DNA from: Ascoidea asiatica JCM 7603
Lineage: Eukaryota > Fungi > Ascomycota
Reading direction: 5' to 3'
Assembly (NCBI GenBank): GCA_001600695.1
Contig: BCKQ01000002.1
Span: forward strand, 240,513-304,512
DNA: 64,000 bases
Shown piece after piece: positions 10,673-21,531 of this stretch. The notes beneath the pieces were generated by a model. It did no database searches and was not told the origin of the DNA. It saw only the letters and a list, made by a program, of their open reading frames with translations. Every line of letters begins with the position of its first letter. Positions within the stretch are counted from its first letter, which is position 1. Both the position numbers and the translations under genes were made by a program.

Positions 10673-13287
10673 TTTAAAAGAATAGTTGGTATAAACGAAG
10701 GAAGATGTTCTTTAGATGATATTTTTTTTCAAAATAACGATTGAATTTTTCAAGCTAATAATTTGATTTTTTGGAAAATAATTTTAATAATATATTGAAT
10801 CAAAAAAACTTTGAAATGAATATGATTAAAAAAATAACTATTTAATTCTTTTAAAAAAGGGAAATAATTATAAATATATATCTTTTCTTCTTGAACTCCA
10901 GCTAATTTTTCTAAGCCTTGTAATGAGGTTTAAAACAATTATTTTTTTCAACTCATTGTCTTTTGGTTATAAAGTTTATACTGTGTTCACATGAAATGCT
11001 AAGGTTATAGTAACTTTAAGAAAATGTTCTTCAAATAAGTATTTTTTTTCTTTGAAAGAACATTTAACGTAATAAAATATTTTTCTGTCCTAATTATAGA
11101 CTGTAAAGGGTGTCTGATAGGAATGAAAGGTAAAGATAAGCTACTGATACATTCAAATTTTAATTTTGCCTGATTAAACATTCACATATTAATGATCACC
11201 TAATTAGTATGCCACGGTTACGCTATTTTATTGTGTCAGATATTTTTCAGTATTCTCACAAGAGAGAGTAAAACAGTATTTATTTTTATTTCATATGATT
11301 TTAAGGATTGAAAACTAGAAAAAATTTAATAGATTCGGTCTTTTATGAAATTCTTTTTTCAATTTTAGTCAAGCACTGAATTTTTCAATTTTTAGTATGA
11401 TGGAGATGGCTATACACATATTTCGAAGGCACAAATAGTGTAATGTTACAACTGGATTCCCCAAGAATATTAATATGAATCTTAGTGTGACAAAAATAGT
11501 CAAATAATCAGAATTGATAATACGCTAATCGAGTAGCCGATAGCCACATTTAGATGAATTTTGAGTATTGAAAGAAACTCGATTTTTTTCACAATATTGA
11601 AGTCAGATTACCAGTGTATGCAGCCTGATGATCAAACTTTTTGAGCCAAACTTTGTTGACTATTATCATAATCTTACCAAAAATGTTACACGCGACTCGC
11701 TGCACAAAAGACCAGTATTTGCTGGAACACCCTGGTTACTCACATTTATCACGCTACAGTACTGCGCACTAGGCGCCCTAGAAAGTAACGTTAATGATTT
11801 AGCCGTAGTGCTAATGTTTTAACCGTAACGTTTGTCGGTCTAAGAGAATAAAGAAAAGATATTTGAAAAATTCAATTAAGATGGAAAACAAATAAAAATA
11901 TTTTTGAAAACATTATTTGAAGCAACTTATTTCTATATATTTTGCCAGTATCTCTATTTGAAATTCTAACTAATCGCACTTTAAATTTTTTCAATATTCT
12001 ATTAAAAAAGCCGAATCTTCAATATCTTTATGGCCTTCTAATTTCATTAATTTGCAAATCATAAAACGCGAAATAACAAAATTAAACCCATTAAAGTGGA
12101 AAAAATGAACATCTAAAATAATGTTCATTTATTTAATCAAGATGTTTTTTTTCACTGAGGATAGACCACTTTTTTGATGAAAATAACCTGTAAAATTCAA
12201 GTAATGAATGAATAATCATCAAGAATAACTATTTGAATTCAGTCTATTAACATATCACCTGATTTTTCAATCCCAATTTAGAATTCCGACCAATTCACGG
12301 AGTTTAGCCTTGAATACTGAATCAAGGCTAAGTCGAATAGAGCGGGTCTGAATTTAGAGCAGTGACCCACACCAAGATTGTTCTGCCACGTAGCTGGCTC
12401 AGACCCACACACTGTTTTTTCAAGAATGCTTTCGAAAATAAATTTTTGATCTTGTTACAATAGAAAAAAATTCGTTCGAGTTGAATTATCAAGATTTACT
12501 TAAAACTAAGCTCTAAAGACTTTAGTGATGCTAGACAATGAAATGAAAATTTACATTCAAATTATCGAAAACTTCTTGATTTAAATATTTTGAATTAATT
12601 AGAAATAACGATACTTTCGTAATATTGTTTTTATCACAAAAAAAATTTTAGCAGTTTTAGTGAAATAAAAGTACTTTTTTAAATTAAGGGATTAATGAAA
12701 GACACTCATTATAATTTCACTTTAAGGATTCCAAGTCTGAATTTTTCAAATCTCTTAAAATTTCATATTTTTCCCACTCTGTTTCATTCTCATATTTACA
12801 ATACATTAGCTTTTTCAAATTTTTTTGTCCTGAATTCTTGTCTGGTTATTTACTTTACCCTACAACTCTCTAATACAATTTTTTGATACGTACCTTAATA
12901 ATATTTATTGTATTACGTACAAAGTTCAATATTTTTTATTTCCATCACTATTTGTTTTCTTGGACATTTATCATTTAACTAGCAAAAATAATAGTTAGTC
13001 AGCCTAGATATGTTTTTTCAATAATTTTCAAAAGCAAGCTCAAATATCTCATAATTATCTTTATTTTAATACCCAATATATTTTCACTTTAAGCCTCCTG
13101 TCCTACTTCCACTAAAGATTTTCTTAAAATCTACGATTTCTTATCAATTCTCAAAATCAATTCTCTTTACTCACTTTCCCTCCTTATATTCTATACTTCT
13201 TTGGATAACTTCGTCTATTTACAAATTTACTTAAATTATTTTTTTCTGGTCAAATATTTATGGTAACTTTTTCATAAGAATACAAAC

Positions 13288-15435
13288 ATGGCCTCTAGAA
13301 ATTTGACAGGAAATTTTCCTCCTTCTGGGGACAGTAGTGAAAATATACGTCTTGTTGATTTAAGTGATAATAGTGATGATAGATATGATAATGGTACAAA
13401 TTTTCGTGGTACTAATAGTAAAGGTGAAGTACTACTCGAATCTGAATCTGAATCTTCTGATAATGAAAATCTCAGATTTAATTCCAGAAATCCTTTCAAT
13501 GATAATGATGACAATGATTTTTCAACTTCCTCAAAAGATAATCTACAAACAAATGTTAATAATAGCACTGTAGATATACCGGCAATATCAAGCCATAACA
13601 CTAACAATAATACTGTCAATAATGATCAAGGTTCTTATTCATCACCCACTGTTTCAAATCAATCATATAGTTCTAGTAACTTATTAAATCCTGGAGGCCC
13701 ATCTGGAAGAACTTCCAATTTGAGTGCTGCAAATTCTTCCGAAAATTTAATTCCAAATGGAATGAATCGTTATGATTCTTATAATATTAGAGGTATGAAT
13801 ACGCATGCAAGCAATAATTCGTTTGCTTCTGATTACTCTTCTTTTTCTGATCGTACTGGAACAACTAATCCGTTTTTAGATGCTGATTTTTCTCCTTTTG
13901 GTGGATTTCCTGCTTCTGATTTTCCACTTCATATGGATGAAGTAGAAGAAGATGACTATCTACATAACCCTGATCCAATAAAGGATGCTGATTATGATAA
14001 TCATAGATTTATGTATGATATTAAAGCTATGGATAAAAGGTCAGGGCTTGGCTTAGCAAGTTTTGCTGTTCTATTTTTAGGCCTTATTGTTCTTTTTGTG
14101 GTTTATCCTGTTTTAACATATTCTGGTGTGACTGAGAAAGTTGCTCCTGAAACTTATGAATTAATAACCCTTTATGAATATGGAACCTTAAGTGCGATTA
14201 GGACTTCTTTAATTGATCCCGATACACCAACAAGTGCATATACAAATAAAGCAAGAGATGGTACCAGTTGGTCTTTGAAATTTTCAGATGAGTTCAATAA
14301 GGAAGGGCGAACCTTTTATGATGGCGATGATCAGTTTTGGACAGCTCCTGATGTTCATTACGCAGCCACAAGTGATTTAGAATGGTATGAGCCTGATGCT
14401 TCAACAACAGCAAATGGAACATTAGTGCTTACCATGGATGCTTATAAAAACCATAATTTGTATTATAGATCAGGAATGCTTCAAAGTTGGAATAAAATGT
14501 GCTTTACTCAAGGAAGATTTGAGGTATCTGTCATGTTACCGAATTATGGTAATGTTAGTGGTTTATGGCCAGGTATTTGGGCAATGGGAAATTTAGGAAG
14601 ACCTGGATTTATGGCTTCAACTGAAGGAGTATGGCCTTATACCTATGATTCTTGTGATGCAGGAATTACTCCAAATCAATCTTCTCCAGATGGAATAAAT
14701 TATTTACCTGGTCAAAGATTAAATTCGTGCACTTGTAAAGGGGAAGATCATCCAAATAGAGGAACTGGAAGAGGTGCACCTGAAATTGATGCTTTAGAAG
14801 GTGAAGTAGATACTACAGTTGGAGTTGGGGTTGCTTCTCAATCAATGCAAATTGCTCCTTATGATATTTGGTATATTCCAGATTATAATTATGTTGAGCT
14901 TCATAATGAAACTATTTCTTCCATGAATACTTATTGCGGTGGTCCTTTTCAACAAGCAGTTTCTGCAACTTCCACACTTAATGTTACATGGTACGAATCT
15001 GGTGATTATACTTCAAGATTTCAAAAAGTTGGGTTTGAATATGTTCATGATAATGATGATGGTTATTGTATGTGGTTCGTTGGTGATAATCCAACTCTTA
15101 CTGTTCATGCAAAAGCCTTACATCCAGATGGAAATATCGGATGGAGAAGAATTGCTAAAGAACCTCTTTCAGTTATTTTAAATTTTGGAATCTCTAACAA
15201 CTGGGCTTACATCGATTGGAATTCACTTATGTTTCCAATGCATATGAAAATCGATTATGTCAGAGTATATCAACCTGATGATGGTATTAGTAGTATTACT
15301 TGTGATCCCTCAGATTATCCTACTTATGATTATATTCAAGATCATTTGAATGCATATCAGAATGTTAATTTGACTACTTGGAAGAAAGCAGGCTACTCTT
15401 TTCCTAAGAACAAGCTAACTGGAAATTGTGATTAA
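13288..15435 (+). CDS. KRE6: Beta-1,6-glucan synthesis-associated GH16-like type II membrane protein (Kre6/Skn1)
   Basis: FSPFGGFP, DDYLHNPD, a single TM, FSDEF, SGMLQSWNKMCFTQG, GLWPGIW.MGNLGR, GRGAPEIDALE, IDYVRVYQ. Confidence 0.93.
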   Translation: MASRNLTGNFPPSGDSSENIRLVDLSDNSDDRYDNGTNFRGTNSKGEVLLESESESSDNENLRFNSRNPFNDNDDNDFSTSSKDNLQTNVNNSTVDIPAISSHNTNNNTVNNDQGSYSSPTVSNQSYSSSNLLNPGGPSGRTSNLSAANSSENLIPNGMNRYDSYNIRGMNTHASNNSFASDYSSFSDRTGTTNPFLDADFSPFGGFPASDFPLHMDEVEEDDYLHNPDPIKDADYDNHRFMYDIKAMDKRSGLGLASFAVLFLGLIVLFVVYPVLTYSGVTEKVAPETYELITLYEYGTLSAIRTSLIDPDTPTSAYTNKARDGTSWSLKFSDEFNKEGRTFYDGDDQFWTAPDVHYAATSDLEWYEPDASTTANGTLVLTMDAYKNHNLYYRSGMLQSWNKMCFTQGRFEVSVMLPNYGNVSGLWPGIWAMGNLGRPGFMASTEGVWPYTYDSCDAGITPNQSSPDGINYLPGQRLNSCTCKGEDHPNRGTGRGAPEIDALEGEVDTTVGVGVASQSMQIAPYDIWYIPDYNYVELHNETISSMNTYCGGPFQQAVSATSTLNVTWYESGDYTSRFQKVGFEYVHDNDDGYCMWFVGDNPTLTVHAKALHPDGNIGWRRIAKEPLSVILNFGISNNWAYIDWNSLMFPMHMKIDYVRVYQPDDGISSITCDPSDYPTYDYIQDHLNAYQNVNLTTWKKAGYSFPKNKLTGNCD

Positions 15436-15976
15436 TTATTCACATAATATTATTTTGCATAGTTATGTTTTTTTCCTTATTGAAGCTTCTGGAAAAATAT
15501 TTTTTTTGCTTTCCATTGATAATACCAAATTAATTATAATTCTATTTTTAAATCTTAATCATTTTTTTAAAAGACTTTCATTCAATCTTTGTTTACTTTA
15601 CTTTACATTTTATTATACTTCTTCACATTATATAATATTTTCCAAAAATTGTGATTCACAAAAGGAAAAATTATTGTTGCATTTTACTATTATAGATTCT
15701 TTATTTTGTTCTTTTTTTGTTTTATTTTCTCATATTTCATTGTTCTTACATTAAAGCTCTTTGTTTTAGTCGGCATATTTGAGAGTACATGATTTAAAAT
15801 GAATTTTATTATGGTAATATTTAATTCAATTTAGAAATTGAAGATTGATTATGTAATATTATTTTCATAAGAATTTCATACAATTCTCACATACATTCAA
15901 ATTACATTTTCAATAAATTTTTATCAAGGAAAACTTTTTTAAATTCAATGTAAAAAAAACAAAAGTATATAGATAT

Positions 15977-17482
15977 TTAATTTGGAATTGGAATATTGTT
16001 ACTAGTATTATTAGATAATTCTAGTAATTTTTCATCTTCCGCTTTTTTAATAGTTGGAGCTGTTTGGGCTTGCTGAATATTTTGGATAGCTTCAGTATTA
16101 GGAGTATTCAATTTTAAATTATTTAATTTCTCAATAAAATTTTCTTCTTGAGCTGATTCTATTGTCTTATTAACTTGTTCTTCTTGAAGTAAACGTTGAT
16201 ATTCTTTATCAATTTCATCATCTTCAAGTAAAATATCCGAATTGTTAGTTGATAATGAAGATAATTTATCATTAACCTCATTAATTTTAAAAGATTCATC
16301 ATCTATATCATTAATTAAATTATCGAGCTTATTAATATCAATTTTATTATTTAAATTTTTTAAAATTGAATTTGATGTTGATAATAAATCCATCATAATT
16401 ATATTTGTTTTTGCATCACTAATTTTAATTAATAAATGATCTAATTGAATAATTTTTTCATTGATTGAAACTAAATTTACTTGAAATAACTTTTTTGATT
16501 TTAATAAAATTTTTATATAAGATTTATTATTTTTTGATAGATTTGATTGAATTTTTAGATTTAAATTTTCAATTTTATTATTTATATTGTCAGATTGATT
16601 ATTTAATGAGGTCAAAGTTGATTTCAATTGTAATATTGATTTATCAGATTCTGAAATTATACAATAATTATTAGAATCATTTAATTTAAATTTAATTATA
16701 TTTTCATGAATTAAAATATCATTTGTATCTCTTGAGAGATACAATAAAATTATATCTAAATCAATTGAAGATAAAGAGTGAATAGATAAATTTAAGTTCA
16801 AGAATTTTAGAAAATTATCTTTGGAAAATAAATTTGATTTTTCTTTTGAAATCAAATTTAAAATAATTTTTCTTAATTTGGATAAATAAAATATATTTAT
16901 GAAATTATCATTTTTTAAATAATTGCCAGTTTTTATAGACGTATTATTAAATTTATTGATATTATAATTATTATAATAATAATGATAATAATAGTTATTT
17001 GTTAAATGGCGTATAGAACTTGTCGAAGGAAAAGACCAATTATAAAGTTTATTTAAGATTGAATTATTATGACTATTATTAATATTATCACTACTATTTG
17101 TAGTATAATAATAAACTGAGTAATTAATTGAATTGAAATAATCTAAAGGAAGCAAAACAATTTGATCATCAGATTTAGAGTTTATTGAAGTTTTTATTAA
17201 GTTATTTAAAACAGTATCTAAAGATAGAGGTTTGTAGTTTACTGAATTATTAATATAAGTTAGATTATGAATTAAAGAGTTGAAATTTAAAATTAAAGTA
17301 GAATCATTTGATTTTATTATTGAAATTAATAAAGAATTCCAAGCATCAATATTTGCTTGATAACCTTCAATATTATCAACTAAAAGTCGATCAAAATTTG
17401 AATAAAGAGAAGGAATCCTAGATTCTTTAAAAAATGGATTTGATTTTAAAAGTTTTTGAGCATTTTGAAAATCTTTATCCAT
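15977..17482 (-). CDS. CHM7: ESCRT-II/III hybrid Chm7 (CHMP7) nuclear envelope sealing factor
   Basis: N-terminal RIPSLYSNF...NIEGYQANIDAW, LLYLSRD, and a C-terminal Snf7-like coiled coil with an acidic EDDEIDKEYQRL segment. Confidence 0.8.
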   Translation of the reverse strand: MDKDFQNAQKLLKSNPFFKESRIPSLYSNFDRLLVDNIEGYQANIDAWNSLLISIIKSNDSTLILNFNSLIHNLTYINNSVNYKPLSLDTVLNNLIKTSINSKSDDQIVLLPLDYFNSINYSVYYYTTNSSDNINNSHNNSILNKLYNWSFPSTSSIRHLTNNYYYHYYYNNYNINKFNNTSIKTGNYLKNDNFINIFYLSKLRKIILNLISKEKSNLFSKDNFLKFLNLNLSIHSLSSIDLDIILLYLSRDTNDILIHENIIKFKLNDSNNYCIISESDKSILQLKSTLTSLNNQSDNINNKIENLNLKIQSNLSKNNKSYIKILLKSKKLFQVNLVSINEKIIQLDHLLIKISDAKTNIIMMDLLSTSNSILKNLNNKIDINKLDNLINDIDDESFKINEVNDKLSSLSTNNSDILLEDDEIDKEYQRLLQEEQVNKTIESAQEENFIEKLNNLKLNTPNTEAIQNIQQAQTAPTIKKAEDEKLLELSNNTSNNIPIPN

Positions 17483-17740
17483 TATAATTATGATTACGAT
17501 TATTATTAATCAAATAGGATTTTGATTGTAATTGCAATTGTATTTGTTATTATTATATTTGCAATTGGATATTTAGTAAAGAATCGAGGAAATAGATAAA
17601 TAGATAAATAAAACGTATATTTGATTTACTTATTTGAATAAAAGTATAAAACAAGCGGCAAAGCAGCAGTTTCCGAAAACGGACAATCCGAGGGTATGCA
17701 CTAATATTTTTGGAATTCCGGCAAATCAAGAAAGCCTCCA

Positions 17741-17751
17741 AGGGGTCCCCT
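17741..17751. promoter_or_regulatory. Back-to-back STRE pair AGGGGTCCCCT
   Basis: AGGGG and CCCCT separated by one base, about 260 bp upstream of the CHM7 ATG. Confidence 0.4.
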
Positions 17752-17849
17752 AGATGCGGTCTCGGATCTTCTGGGATGTATTATATTCATTTTAAGCTAA
17801 AGAACTATTAAAATGCATTCTATAGAATATAGTATAGTATTTGGTACAA

Positions 17850-18341
17850 TTATACCAAATGAGGAGGCAATAAGAAGTTAGGTATTGAGCCTTTAATGTA
17901 ATATTTGTGATTACAGCTTTTGCAAATCATTTCACCTTCAGTGATGTGGGTTTCGATAAGTAAAGAATGCAAATCCTTGAGTAAGAGTATATCATCAGGG
18001 TCTATTCCATCATATTGAGAGTTTAAGTCATTATCTTCATCTTCATCTTCATCTTCTGCACCTTTATTATTATTATTATTATTAATATTATTCTCATTTT
18101 CTATTGGCAACTTATTCAACAAAGGTTTTGTGGAAGGCAAAGAAGCATTTCCTAAATCATTGGCTACTTTTATTAGAGCATTCCAGTCCAATCTTCCAAG
18201 TATGTTTATGATGAATGTAGGATTAAAATCTTGTTCTTTCTGAACTAGTTGGCAATTTTCAAATTTCAATGGAAAAGCATCGTTTGAGCCATCACAATCC
18301 TTTATTGGACATCTTATAAAATTACTTGTTAAAAACTTCAT
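17850..18341 (-). CDS. TRM112: Methyltransferase activator Trm112
   Basis: MKFLTSNFIRCPIKDC...GEMICKSCNHKYYIKGSIPNFLLPPHL. The true ATG is at 18341; the track extension upstream is low-complexity non-coding sequence. Confidence 0.93.
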   Translation of the reverse strand: MKFLTSNFIRCPIKDCDGSNDAFPLKFENCQLVQKEQDFNPTFIINILGRLDWNALIKVANDLGNASLPSTKPLLNKLPIENENNINNNNNNKGAEDEDEDEDNDLNSQYDGIDPDDILLLKDLHSLLIETHITEGEMICKSCNHKYYIKGSIPNFLLPPHLV

Positions 18342-18790
18342 TTTCCTTTGATGTCTTTTCCCCAAAACTCTTCGAACAATCGATAAATATTGGTTTTTTT
18401 TTTGCTTGTTTTTTCTGTTCTGTCTGCACTGTTTTTTTTCAATTTCTTTCAATTTTTATTTTTATTTTTATTTTTATTTTTATTTTTTTCTTACCGGATC
18501 ACTATAGGGTAATACCTAATGGAACATACACGTGATATTACATAACACTTACACATATTTATTCTGGCTCACTCTCGCCCTGTTCACAAAACTGAACTGA
18601 AGTCAGAAGAGTTGTTTTTGCTTCTTTTCCTTCTTTTGCTTCGTTTGCTTCAATTGCTTATAGTCAAGATAGGAAACTCCAATGGTTTTATCAAAGTATT
18701 CTTTATTTCTTCTTAGACTATGGAATCTAAAAATATAACTATATTTAAGAATTATAATAAAGAAATATAATCAATCCAATAGTTTAAAAA

Positions 18791-21305
18791 ATGCCAAAAA
18801 CATATAATATATCTTTCATAACTGCTATTATTGCTTTAGCTGGTTTATTAACTGGTTTAGATATATCTTCATTATCTGCTTTTATGGGAACTGATCAATT
18901 TATTACTTATTTTAATAATCCCAATAGTTTTTATCAAGGTTTAATGGCTGCTTCTAATCCTGCTGGTGCTTTAAGTACTTAATACTTATTTACTCTTATA
19001 AATTTCAATAATTTTGTTATTCTCTCAAATTTATACTAACTTACATATCTGTATATGTTTTTAAGTTGGCTCTTTTATATCTGGGATTTTAAGTGATTAT
19101 ATTGGTAGAGTTAAAACTATTCAAATTGCGGCAATTTTTTGGATCATTGGTTCAATTGTTTCAATTTTCGTATTTAATTCTGAAATTTTAATTACCGCTA
19201 GAGCAATTAAAGGAATCTCTGTTGGTTTAATTTCTTCTGCAATTCCTGTTTATATATCTGAAATTGTACCTCAAAATAAAAAAGGTACAATAATGTCAAT
19301 AATTCAATGGTGCTTAACTTGGGGTATTTTATTAATGTTTTATTTAAGTTATGCTTTTGCAAAAATTAGTTCCGATAAATCTTTTAGATTAGCTTGGGGT
19401 ATTGAAATGGTCCCTGCAATTTTATTATTTTTTTTTGCTTTTCTTTTACCTGAATCTCCCAAATGGCTTTTCTCAAAATCAAAGTGGTCTGAGGGTATAA
19501 AAATAATGAACAAACTTCAAAATTCTAATATTTCAAAAAAAACTTCTATAAATTCAACATCCGAAAAACTATCTGAAAATTCAGCAGAAAATAGTAATGA
19601 GTTTAAAAATGAACTTACAAAGGAAATTAATTCTAATTCTGTTGAAAATATAATCTCAAACTCTAATAAAAATACCATTAGTTTAAATTCTTTTACCCTT
19701 GTTAATTCCCCAATCAATCAAATTAATCCAATCAAAAATAAAATTGAACTTTCTTCTCCTCAAAATAAAAATGATAATGAACTATCAATAATTTCCGCAT
19801 ATCAAAATAATATTACAAAAAATTCTGATATTTCTTATTTATCTTTATTTTCTTCTAATCTCATTAGACATACTTTAATTGGAATTGCTGTTCAATCAAT
19901 TAGCCAATTATGTGGTATAAATGTTTTAATGTATTTTCTTGTTTATATTTGTGAAATGATTGGTTTAGATAATGAAGCTAAAATTTTAGCAACTTCAATT
20001 CAATATATTGTTAATGTTATTTTCACTATATTTCCAATAATTTGGTTAGATGGTCTTAGAAGAAAAGATGTTTTAATAATTGGTTCCTCCTTTTTAGGGG
20101 TTTGTCTTACTTCAATATCTTTAATAATGTTTTTTTATGGTCATCAAATTCCTCCTCTTAATGGAAATCCTTCCATTCAATGGGAAATTAAAGGTAAACC
20201 CGGTTCAACTGTTTTAGCATTATGCTATTTATTTGTAGCAATTTTTGCTTCCACTTTGGCTTGTGCTGCTTGGTTATATACTGGGGAAATTTTCCCAGTT
20301 AAAGCAAAAGGTAAGGGAACATCCATATGCATGTGTGTTTCATGGCTTTTAAGCACTTCTTTAACATTCTTAGGTCCAATTTTAATGCAATACTTAAAAT
20401 GGGCCGTTTTTTTGCTCTTTGGTGTTATTTGTTTAATCGGTACTTTAATAATCATATTTTTATTTCCAGAAACAATAGATAAAACAGATAGAGAAATTGA
20501 ATACATTTTTTATTCCGAAAAGAAAAATTATAATTCTAAACTTCAACCCAAATCTTCAATATTTAAAAATAATTCTTTGAAAGAAAATGTACAAATAGAA
20601 GAAAAATCAAATGTTTTTAAAGTTTCAGAAAAAAGAAAAAATTCTCTAATTTCCAATTCATCAACATTAATTTCAAAAAAAATTGCTGAAAATACTAACA
20701 AACTTGATTTCTCTAAGCAAATCGATTCTAAAAAAGAATTTAAAACAGAAACGGGAAATGAAAGAGCAAATTTAAATAAAGGAGATATTCAAAGTGAAAG
20801 TGAATGTGAAAGTGAGAATAACAACTTCCAAACAGCATTAGATAGCCAACAACCTACATTTTTGACACTTGGAAACAGTATTTTTGGAACAAGAAAAGAA
20901 GGTTTAAATGAAACTAATACTATGTTTGGTTCAATGCAGGAAAATAAATACGAAAGCAATAGCCATTCAGATTCACAAGCTAGTAAAAATTCGATAAAAC
21001 CTCTTCCGGCTCCATTTGTACACCCTATAAGCAATATCCAAACAGAACATAATTATAAGTCTTCTGTTACTAATAAAAATAATAATCTAACAATTTTGGC
21101 AGTCAAACAGAATATGAAAAAAAACTCGACTGATAAAGTAAAGCTGGAAAATTTTATAGATAGATCTCCTTCTATGCTTAATCCACCTGAGAGTGGAAAT
21201 AATCTTTTTTCTCAATCATATCAGTTCAAGCAAGATGCAGTAGGTTCACTGAACCCATTTGCTAACCCTTCTCCCTTTCAAAATTTTAAAAACTTTCCAA
21301 AATGA
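18791..21305 (+). CDS. MFS sugar porter, HGT1-like, with expanded central loop and long C-terminal tail (2 exons: 18791-18974, 19066-21305)
   Basis: GLLTGLDISS, SDYIGR, VYISEI.P...G, PESPKWL, QLCGINVLMY, GEIFP, FPET. Splicing joins the track ORFs 18791..18982 and 19293..21305 in frame (PAGALIGSFISGILSDYIGR) with no stops. Confidence 0.85.
18975..19065 (+). other. Spliceosomal intron with atypical GTACTT donor and AAG acceptor
   Basis: TACTAAC at 19034-19040; this junction restores the transporter frame and TM2 motif. Confidence 0.75.
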
Positions 21306-21531
21306 ATATTAAATTGTGGCTCACCTTTGCAATTTTTACTCGATTTTGTTGCCAGTTTTTCACTATTTCAGGTCTTTAAACTTTTTTTTTGATTTTTTGT
21401 TGTTATAGCTGTAAATGTTCTTTTTTTGAATTTTCTGTTAAGTATTAAATCTATTTGCACTATCTTTTTATACACTTTAAATAAATAATTACTTAGTTCA
21501 TTAAAATATATATATATATAAAAGCACATTT

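Noticed and set aside
18342-18452. N-terminal extension of TRM112 in the ORF track (likewise the TTG/GTG starts at 2423, 6410, 28359, 34705, 47373, 52032)
   Set aside because: Artefacts of alternative-start calling; family-consistent ATGs or spliced first exons explain the true starts.
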